Assembly (NCBI RefSeq): GCF_964188315.1
Contig: NC_135670.1
Span: 3,286,001 to 3,350,000 of the forward strand
Reading direction: 5' to 3'
DNA: 64,000 nt
DNA from: Podarcis muralis
Taxonomy: Eukaryota
Shown here: piece after piece, positions 23,834-34,618 of the stretch
Position numbering within the stretch: the first letter of the stretch is position 1
Layout: each line of letters begins with the position of its first letter
Notes under the pieces: model-generated
The model's input: the letters and a program-made list of their open reading frames with translations, nothing else
The model's database searches: none
Told to the model about the DNA's origin: nothing
Position numbers and translations under genes: made by a program

Positions 23834-24092
23834 CCGTATTTTTTGCTCTATAAGACTCACTTTTTCCCTCCTAAAAAGTAAGGGGAAATGTGTGTGCGTC
23901 TTATGGAGCGAATGCAGGCTGCACAGCTATCCCAGAAGCCAGAACAGCAAGAGGGATTGCTGCTTTCACTGCACAGCAATCCCTCTTGCTGTTTTGGCTA
24001 CTGAGATTCAGAATATTTTTTTCCTTGTTTTTCTCCTCCAAAAACTAGGTGCGTCTTGTGGTCTGGTGCGTCTTATAGAGCGAAAAATACAG
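23834..24092. mobile_element. Tc1/mariner-type MITE
   Basis: TIR CCGTATTTTT(T/C)GCTCTATAAGAC; TA on the left flank. Confidence 0.75.
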
Positions 24093-24276
24093 TGATTTTG
24101 CTTCATGTGGAGTAAGGTTCCAAAGAGTTATTGCGAAAATATCAGTTATTTCTTTACAGTATTCTGAAAAGGAACGTGGCAATCACAGAAAGATTGGGAG
24201 CACCCAGTGATGAGGCAGGAATCAACATTTAAAACAAACATTCTGAAAAGAGGCAGCTAGTTCAAGTTGTAAATAT

Positions 24277-24282
24277 TTTATT
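24277..24282 (-). terminator. Candidate HORMAD1 polyadenylation signal AATAAA
   Basis: tttatt on + strand, ~1 kb downstream of the stop codon. Confidence 0.4.
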
Positions 24283-25269
24283 GTGGCTATAAAATTGGAA
24301 GGTCTAAAACAAAGCACATGCACTGCAGACCTCTATAAACATTTAATCAGAAATCAATATGTTCTCGAGTCATACTTCCATTATGTTTCAAGAATTATAT
24401 AGCATAAAATTTTTAAACATTTTCTCTACATTTTTTTTATAACACTTCTAGTAACAGAAAACAAAGTAACAAATGCTTTAAAAGTTAATTGCTAGCTCCA
24501 GAGAAAGTAAGATGTGCCTAAGAACTGTTGGAATCCACGGGGCTTAAGTCAATTTTGTGACATCTCATTCCACAGTACTTAGATGTGATTAACTTTTTCT
24601 GTGGATGAGGCTACTGGTTACAACATCCTTCCCCAAGCTGGTGCCCCCCCCCCCATTTTTTGGACTACAACTCCCATCAGCCCTGGGACTGATGGGAGTT
24701 GCAGTCCCAAAATCTAGGAGGTTGAGTTACAAACCTTTAGCTTTTTCCTTCTTTTAATTCACATGGCAGTAATAATATTGCCTGAATTTTTTCCATTTGG
24801 AATCAATTTATCATAGTTTGTTCTTAAGGACATTTCTCTCTGGCCCAATTTAAACTGCTGTTGGGTCTCATTTCGCCCGTGCATGCAACATTAAGCACAC
24901 TTGAGATTCATTGCCTGGGCACATGTACAGGTAACAACTCAGAGCCCCAAATTTAATGTGAGCCTGACTACATGAAATGCCACATGGGTATATTTTCTTG
25001 CACGCCCAATATTACATTTAAATCAGGCCTCAGATAAAGCAGCAGCTCTCTATCCACATTGACAAGTGAAATTTTACAAGACTAGATTTTACATTTACCT
25101 GAATTAAAAGCCTGTACTCTTAACTGCAAATAAAAGCACTGAAAAATGTTGGATGGCTTTAACAGGTTAAACTATACCCCCTCTAAAACATCAAAATACT
25201 GGGTATAATGAGAAAAACATTCTAGGGAGGGGGGGAAACGGGAAATAATAAACATTTGAAAGCCAATAT

Positions 25270-25350
25270 CTAAATCCACTCTTTTGGTTCACTGATTTTT
25301 CTCCGTTTGGGAACTGAGTCTTCACCAGAAAAGAACTCAAGATGATAAAC
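25270..25350 (-). CDS. HORMAD1: HORMAD1 last coding exon (81 nt, TAG), closure motif
   Basis: aaAG|GTT TAT CAT...; [26 protein letters not shown]. Confidence 0.92.
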   Translation of the reverse strand, partial: VYHLEFFSGEDSVPKRRKISEPKEWI

Positions 25351-28300
25351 CTTTTTAAAAAAGACAATGAAGTATTATTTAGTCAAACTCAGAGTAGAAC
25401 CATTAAAATCAACATACTGTCTTACTCTAATGCACCTAAATATTGTCAGGTAGAGCCCAATTATGCTGAGTTACAGAGAACAAATAACTTTGTGTCCTCT
25501 CTGCTGGATTTTCAGTGAAGGGTTTGCTACAATTGCCCTATAAACTATGCATCTGTGATATGTCATTGATCAAATGGGAATTTCAAATCTATCTGATCAA
25601 ATAGGAACTACGCACTTTAACTGAGCAGAATTGTAAATCAGCCTCCCCCCAACCCACCCCAAAGCCTGACACCAGCACCAGGCTGTCACGATGACCCTGG
25701 TGTCAGATTCCTCATCTGCAGAGGATGAGGACAAGGACTCTGAAGCAGAAGGGGAAAGGGCATGCAGGGCCAGCTCCAGAAGCACTCTCAGATGAACCTG
25801 CTGGACCAGTGCGCCCCTGCCTCAGCCTGAGGATGTGGCGCTGCCATTCTGTCTCAGAGGACTCCCCTGCAGAAGACTCAGAAAGGCCTGTAGCTCCCCT
25901 GCTTATCACAGTAGGAGACCAGTGCTGAAGGCCGGGTCCTTTAAGTAGAGCAGCATCTTGCAGCACAGATGGCTATATCAATTACTGTCCCTGCTACTGC
26001 TATTGCTGCTGCTGGTATACAGTGCTACCTCGGGTTACATACACTTCAGGTTACATACACTTCAGGTTACAGACTCCACTAACCCAGAAATAGCACTTCG
26101 GGTTAAGAACTTTGCTCCAGGAGCGGCAGCAGAGGGAGGTCCCATTAGCTAAAGTGGTGCTTCAGGTTAAGAACAGTTTCAGGTTAAGAACAGACCTCCG
26201 GAATGAATTAAGTACGTAACCAGAGGTACCACTGTATAAGGTCTCAGTTTCAGCTTGTTCCTTGCTGGAGAAACCTCAGAGCGCCATATTCCCCAGATCA
26301 CAGGCTGAACCCTGCCTTGCATCCATCCAGCCTGACATTTCCCCCACCTCTTCTGGATTTTGCAGTGCTGTTCTCCAGCCAAGTATTGTGTACAAAAATG
26401 GGTACACTGTGGCAAAGTGCACATATTATGCACAGATATTCCCCAGTATACACAAAAATGTGTGCACTGTGCCCCAGTATACACAAAAATAGGTATACTG
26501 AGACAAGGTGCATAAAAGTGCACAAATTAGTGAAAAGAACATACAAAAGAGTATTATGTTAAGAAAAATTGTTTTGCAAAAATGTGTATATTCTGCAAAT
26601 GTGTATAAAAAGGTAAAGGACCCCTGACAGTTAAGTCCAGTCACGGACGACTTTGGGGTTGCAGCGCTCATCTCGCTTTACTGGCCGAGGGAGCCGACGT
26701 TTGTCTGCAGACAGTTTTTCCGGGTCATGTGGCCAGCACAACTAAGCCGCTTCTGGCGAAACCAGAGCAGCACACGGAAACGGCATTTACCTTCCCACCG
26801 GAGCGGTACCTATTTATCTACTTGCACTTTGACGTGCTTTCGAACTGCTAGGTTGGCAGGAGCAGGGACCGAGCAACGGGAGCTCACCCCATGGCGGGGA
26901 TTCGAACCACCGACCTTCCGATCGGCAAGCCCTAGGCTCTGTGGTTTAGATCACAGCACCACCCAAATGTATATATTAGAAGAAATTGGCACTGAAATTC
27001 AGATAAATTTTCATGAGGACTTTTAAAAAGAATTTCACAATTACCGCTCACTCTTCCAAGCAGTGGGCGGGGTTTGCGACTCGGCATGGGCTTCCCATGC
27101 CAGGGTGACACCCCCTTTAGTTCCTGGCTATTGCTCCACTCCCTCCCCGGCTACCCAATCGGCTGCGGCTGGGGGGCAGAGCAAAGACCAGGTAGTGCAG
27201 GCTCCAGCCGACCATCTCTCCATTCAGTCTTTGGAGATGTAGAAATGTGGAGAAATCAACTGAAAGCTGGAAAAAATGAGGGGAATTGAGGGAAACCAAA
27301 ACTGTCAGACTTGCCCATCCCTAACAGCAGGTAATACTCACCATTGTCCTACATCTCAGGGCAAACAGGTTATGGAAAAGCAGGCCATAGAACTCACTAC
27401 CTGCCAGCAACACCTTAGCTCCAACCAAATTAGCAGAGCCAAAAACAGCAAGTCCAGAAAAAGCAAAAACTTGTGTGTAGGAAAAGGATGTCACCATACT
27501 GGTTCCTGGAGCTGTTTTGCAACGTAAGCGGTTGTTGAGGGTCCTCGTCACACAAGTTGTATTGAAGAGACATATATTTTAAACTGCCTATTTCTCAGCA
27601 ATTGTTTGGGCATCCCTGGGTTATTTGCCTCTTTCTCACTTTGGGAACTGCTGTTTCTGCTCTGGTCAGCCTCCCTGCCTGTGAAACGGAAGCTCTGAAG
27701 ATGCAGACTGGGTGACAGCCAGCACCTTCTGAGGCTCCAGCTGGGAGGGAGAATCCAGAAGAAACAAACCCATCCCACCTCCACAAACCACATTTTGTTC
27801 TGTGCAGCCTCATTTGTTCACTGTAATGGCTGCAATTGAAGGCATCATTTTGTCCACTTAAGGCCACAGTCCTAGGCACTGTTTGAACCCAATGAAGCAC
27901 AGTGGGACTTCACCAAGTAAACATGCCTAGGGCAAGGTTGCACAGCAGGTCTCACTCAAATCAACAGGACTGACATGAGTGAAAACACAGTGGACGACAG
28001 CCCTATAAAATCACCTAATTTTCCAATATTGTAATTGCCCCTAAACAAAAAACAGTGACAAACCAAGGCTCCTGGTTTTGCATAGAAATGTTGGATTCAT
28101 AAAGACTGGAGATGGGGGCACCCACAGCAAGAACTCTTGTTACTTTCCTCATAATGCATGGAAAGAACTTACTGGCTTGCCCGATTCTGCGTTTCTTCTC
28201 TTCTGGGTTTCTCTGGGACACTTTGCTGCTAACTGAATTTTGTTGCTGCCTCCCTTGTCACCCTTGACAGAGACAGAAGAACCGTTAGCTCCAGGAGAGA

Positions 28301-31300
28301 GGTCTGCAGATGGCTATTAAGAAGCGCGCTGTGCATCCGTAGGCTGTTACTCTTCCTCAACGTGTGTTAAAAAATTAATGAAGGACTCTTTAAGAGTGGC
28401 GACAGTAAGGGCAAGTCTTAGCTTGGTCATGACAACATTATGATTTACTTTCACCGCTGTACATCTGAAGGGCATTTCCTAAGATGCTGATTCTGGTGGA
28501 ATCTTCCCCCACAAAGTCTATAAGGTGAAAATGTCAGTAAAAGCAACTGGCAGATGCCTACGAAGGTTTGTTTCTGTACTGAACAGAGCAAAACTAGGAG
28601 AGGAGGGAGGGTAGAAACAACCTTAGTCTGATGGACAAGAGAGTGGGGATGGTCCCTCACAGTCTGTAAAAGAGATGAGCTGAAATCTTTACAAAACTTT
28701 TTCAGCTCAAACGCAGGACCTTCTGGGTTGTATGGTTTCATGCAACTTTCTTCCTAGGTTTCAGAGTCCAAGGCCTCCTTAGAAGCACAAACTATCAAAA
28801 ACTTGTAGTAATCTAGTCCTGCAGCTTGTACAAAACTCAGCTTCTTACATTTTTAACATTACCTCCCTCGAAATCTTGCTATGGACAACAATAGCTTTGT
28901 CTATCTTTCACAAAGGCTAAGCTCTGGTATTTTATTGTTGAAAATAAACTAATGAATATGCTGCCCTACTGGTGCTACTACTATTTATAATAAATGTTTA
29001 GGTTACCTCCAGACTGTTATTATTTTTTGGGATGAATTCAATGGCATATCAGGAATTTAGCTTTATGCAATTTAAGTTGATTTAAAGCACTCTGGAGCAA
29101 CAAATCCATTTTAAAAAGACAGCAGACCCTTTGTGGTAAGGAACGTGATGGGAAAATGCACTAAAAAAGTGTGGGATGAATTATCAATTGATGGGAAGAG
29201 GTATATAACCTCCCTGCAAACAAATCAGGATAAATGCTCAATAAACAGGGCATCTGAAGGAGCCTTAGTTAGTGCCCAAACATGCTGGACATGAACACGG
29301 CAATGGCATGGCATTGCCACTGGAGCCTAAATCAAATATTTTCCAAGAGCTCAGTATGAAGCTGTGAGAAGAAATCTGGGCTGTGATGCTGAGCACCTGG
29401 GTTCAGCTGTGCAGCTTATCATGTGGCCTTATGAAAATCACAAGCTTGCTGGGAGGATAACTAAGGCACTGCATTTGGAGTACTATTGCGGGGGAAATGC
29501 TATGGAAATAAATGAATACATTATTAAAAATAATAGAATTAATAATAATCCTGACTGCAACTTGCGCAACAGTAGCAAAATTGAGGTAACCTGAAAAATG
29601 AGCTAAGCCTTAAAGAACAGGGTTTGTATTGTAAAAATCTAAGTTATGCATCCCTTAATTTTTTTATCTCATTCAGATCATGCAACAGAATAGTTCGTTA
29701 ATTATTTTAAAAATGACACTAACAGTGTTGCCTTTAAACTTCCTTCCACTTCGGGTCTTTCCCTCAGCTACTTCAAGTTCTGATGTCTTATTAATTAGAT
29801 GTTCCACCTAGAAACAGTTAAACAAACAAAGAGAACAGCTTTTTAAAAGAGAACAGCTTTGGTTTGGGCTCTTGGAATGAGGACAAACATACCTACACAG
29901 TTTTGTGTGTGATTTTGCCATATATACACCCATACAAACAATAACTACATACATTTTGCAGGAACTCTTCCGCTAATTGTCAGATTGCGTTGCACTTGTT
30001 AAATCTAGTAAACATTTATCCAGCCACAAAAAAGTAAATCCAAAAAACTAAATGAGAACAAAAAAAAAGGGCCGCTTTATACCTGAGAACTATTGATGGA
30101 GAAAGTTTGGCTATCTTCTATCCTCATGTCTTCATCTTCTTCACACACTAAATTAAGTTCTGGGAATGGCATTGGAAGAAAATTGTACAAATTCTCAGAA
30201 CACTGAATAAACAAAGAATTTATATTTCTGTACATAAGTAGAATGTTCTTAAAAGAGGATTGACAGATACATTGACAAGGCTCTAGTCTTCTCTGAGTGA
30301 GAGGCAGCCTCCTCCAGAAGGTGCAGGCAGTTGCTAAGGAGACAAAAACTGCTGGAGATATTAACTGTGAGGAACGTGGTCCTTCCTCCCCTGCTGTCAT
30401 TGCAAGTTCAGGATGTGAAAATAGTCTAAACATGTGGGAAGGTTCATTCTTGGGGGAAAGGACATTGCTAAGTGGTAAAGCACACATATTGCATGCAGAA
30501 GGTCCAAGTTCAATCTTTGGCATCTCCAGGTAAGCATGGGAACAACTTCTGCCTGAAATCCTGTGGAGCCACTGCCCATTGGTGTGTAGACAGTACTAAG
30601 CTAGATGAACTAATGAATGTGACTTAGTCTAAGGCAGCTTCCTATGTTTCTAGAAAGCAAGAGTTGTAGCTCAGTGGTAGAGAATCTGATGTCCAGGTTC
30701 AATCTCTGGCATCTGGGAATGACCTCTTGCCTGAAACCCTGAAAAGTCATTGGCAGTCAGGCAATACTGAGCTAGATGGACCAATGGTCTGACTTGGTAT
30801 TTAGCAGCTTCCTGTGTTCCTATCTTCTAACCCAAGTCCTGAGCTGAGTGTCATGCACAGTTTCATAAAATTAAAGAGGTGTGCAGAAAAGGTGTTGCCA
30901 TGGAGAACACATCACCGTGTACCAATATGAAAGCAAAACACTCCTAGATAACATATGCTCTGTGTACCTTTAGTAGGAGGAACCCTGTGTGTGTTTTGCT
31001 GCTCCCTCATTCTGTTTTCTGCAATAAAATCTTCCTGTGTAAAGAAAACAAACAAGAACGTCTTCAACAAAGCTGAAATGTACCTGTAAAAGCATTTTGT
31101 TAAGGATAGGCAATGCAAATACTGTCAAAATTTCAAATAATAATAACTCCATACATCACTACAAAACTATAAAAATAAATTTCAAACCCTTACATCCATT
31201 TTATCAAGATGCTGTGGCTTTGTGGAAGTCAATGCCTTCCCTTGCCTTAATAAGTCTGCATCGATGCACTCCATTCGATCTTTTTCCGTCGTCACTTTAA

Positions 31301-34300
31301 CTTTCATCGTATGAAAAGGGGTTGGAACCTCACCAACACTTAGGTACATTGGCTCCCCCTCGAATGCCACTGCTTCACAATGACCCTCTTTGAATCCTGG
31401 AGGGTGGTAATCAGGAGGTGTAACTAAAAAGGAAAATTGGTGATATTCCACAATGGGAAACATTTGTTTCGTCAGCAATTATTCTGACAATTATTCTGAT
31501 GTTGAACAGAATTAAAATTTGAAATGGTACCTTCATCGTAATAGAACAGCTTCATCGTCAGACAGACATCACCAGGCAGAGGGCCTAGGTTCTGCATCAG
31601 GACATAAATCTTTCGTAGCATCAGGATACTAGCTTTCTTAGTATTTGTGCACGTGTTGTTGGAATTACTTCCATTGTTTTTACTAGAAAAAACAAAACCA
31701 TCCATTATTTGAAAGCAAGGGCAGCTGGTGCCTCTATTAGCAATATTGAAAATGGAAACAGGAGCCTTCTTACATCCCTAGCCCTTACCCACAAAGAGTG
31801 GCTTTACTTTCCTTCTTCCCATCCTCCGCTCTCCTGATCTCTCTAAGCAACATGCCCCAGCCCACCATGGTTTAAAGCAGTCAGGACCCACTATTGACTC
31901 TGAGCCTGATCTAAACTAGATAACAATGGTAGCATTGCACTCCTCACATGGTAAAGTATTTAAGAAATTTTAAAGTTAGTTTGGGTTAAAGGTAGGTCAT
32001 GGGCTGAAAATGCTGAAGACAATTGTTTAAAGTACTGTATCTATATTCTGGAAGTCAAATCCATTAGGTACAGGAGAAATTGGGAACCGATAAAATTGCA
32101 TATTTGCTACTTGATAATATTTCCTGAGCCCTTCTCATAAATGTGGCTAGAAACCAGTTGAAGGCTGATTGTTATTGAGCATTTGTTCTGCAACAATTAA
32201 ATGCCTTCTCTTTGGTGAACAGAGGGACATATTAACATCCAGTTTCTAGAATCAAAGAATACATGTTGGCTTTTCTCAGCTTGCTAGAACAGCCTGGCAG
32301 AGAAATGTCTTGTATAACTGCCTGATGAAAACAGTGGGGTAGGAGAGGAGAGAATACCTTGTGAAATCCATAGATGGTCCTTGATCGCTGTATTTGAACT
32401 TAAACTGGTAGCACTCTGTAACAGTCTAAACACAAAACATAGTAGTTACGTATCAAGTGCCGAAAATTGGAAACAGCAAGTAGAATGCAGCACCAGTCTA
32501 ACAAATCCTCTGCCTTTGAATGTCCTCCAGTAAGCTGAGGGTGGAGGACATGGGCTCTCTTTCCCCTGTTTTATTGTCATAATTACCCAGTGAGGTAGGT
32601 TAGGCAGAACAAGAGTGACAGGTCCTGAAGTGAGTTTCATGGCTGAGTGGGGAGTTGAATCCAGGTCTCCACAATCTGAATCTAAGCACTTTGGCTCTCA
32701 GTAGTAATGTATACTGATAGTTAATACTTTTAAACTCATTGTATCTAAAGTGAACAAGCAATATGGATACTTAGCTGTGCTACTGAACGCAATGGGTTGC
32801 ATCTGGTATTGGTCCTAGACCCCCTGAAATTAATCAACATGACTAACTTATGTATATCAATTTCAACCTAGCTGAATACCACTCATTGGACTGAAATCTC
32901 TTTTAGAGCCTTTGATGACAGAAAGGCTGGGTTTGACTCTTTTAAATAGACTTCATCCAGAGTGGATGTTAATGATAGCTTCCAGGCCACCCAGACTGCC
33001 AATTCACAAGCCAAACCAGCAATTTGTTTCAAGGCTTCCCTGCACCACTCACTTTCATGGAAGAAAGATCCACTTCCTTTAAACAACATCAGTATTAAAA
33101 AATGGAATGTCCTTCATCATGGAGTTTGATTTGATGCTGGCCTAAGTACTGCAATCCAGTTTTAATCCCTTTTTCATTACCAGCTTTCCTTTGTGGTCAT
33201 TTGGATATTCTTTTTAAAAAAACAATGCACACTTTTCTAATGAAATTAGGGTCAGCAGAAGCAAATAATAAGAGAAACGATTGCCATAAAGTCTGGGCTG
33301 CAACATTTAATATGTAGAATTCATCTTCTTTAATATTATTCTAATTATCACATCAAATAGAGGAAGAGTGACACCTAGTGGCTGGATTTTTTTATCCTTA
33401 TCTGTGGCAAGGGATATGCCTGGGGAAGAGAACTTGCGGTTCTCCAGATGCTGTTGGACTCCCAGCTCCCATCAGCCTCAGCCAGCCTGGAAAATCATCT
33501 GTGATGATGGGAGTTGTAGTCCAGCAACACCTGGACTGCCACAGGTTCCCCAACTCAGCAATATACACGATACACTCTTCCCTTGTTCCCAAAGAAAGGA
33601 AGAGTCAAACTCGACAAGAAGTGATTGGCTCTCCTGAAGTTTCCTCCCCACCCTACCCCTTTAGCCAAGGGGATGAATTAGATGAGGACCGCAGCCGCTG
33701 GTTTCCCCCCAAACAATGTATTCCCAATCTGAATCCACCACTTTTATAAAGCTGGTTGCAGATTAGTGTTTGAAAAAGGAGGTGGTGTTGGAATGTAGAG
33801 ATGGTGAGAAAATAGTCCAATTACAGTAAATTTCAAAAACCATTGCCTTCAAATGGCTGTTTAATGATTTCTATTAGAGGTGTCCTTTGATCTTTCATAG
33901 TGGTCACTGTCACATGCACTGAATGATCTTACAATCCACATTTGTCGACATGTGTCTCTTTCAGCATGTCTCTTCACAAAAAGTATGTATTGATCCAGGA
34001 CAAAACATCTGCAATATAAAATGTGCACTTATGAATGCAAAACCATAAACTTACCTGAGGATCATCCTGGTTGGTGTAGACCTGTATTTAAAAGATAAAC
34101 AACATAATCAGGACAATACCAAATACAATACAGTATATGAAGTATTAATTAATTTTGAAATGTGGACGTGTATAAATATATATTAAACTTACCGCTAAGA
34201 CGATTAATCTGAGCTATTTACCCAAAACAATAAAGAAAATAAATTAGAAATTAAAAGCATTATAGTGTGTTTACTATAATGAAAATTGCTAAGATGAATC

Positions 34301-34570
34301 TATGAACGCACAGTTACTCATTAAAGATAAAACCATATTTAACTTACATATTTTTTCTGCAGTGCATCATAGCATCCCAGCATCCTGTAAAAATCATAAA
34401 ATGCTACTGCTTCACACAAATATATGCATTTTGGGTTGTTTAATCCCATTCATCTGTATCTATTGTGCAATTTTTCAACCCTGCTTTTATTCATTAAATG
34501 CTTAACATTATTTTATGGGCCTGACAAAGACAGCAATTGGATTCCTATTTACACTGAGTGAAATCCTCAA

Positions 34571-34618
<48 letters not shown>

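Noticed and set aside
27595-27678. This segment as the constitutive last exon of HORMAD1
   Set aside because: 25270-25350 matches the mammalian terminal exon far better ([13 protein letters not shown]); the segment is kept only as a possible alternative exon.
28451-28590. Extra HORMAD1 exon in the intron between 28262 and 29724
   Set aside because: Candidate acceptors give stops in phase 0 or need incompatible phases; the 14-exon model is already complete.
30661-30720. tRNA gene (gttgtagctcagtggtagag...ggttcaatc)
   Set aside because: SINE head without a complete cloverleaf, continuing into the shared SINE body. The same applies to the other tRNA-like heads.
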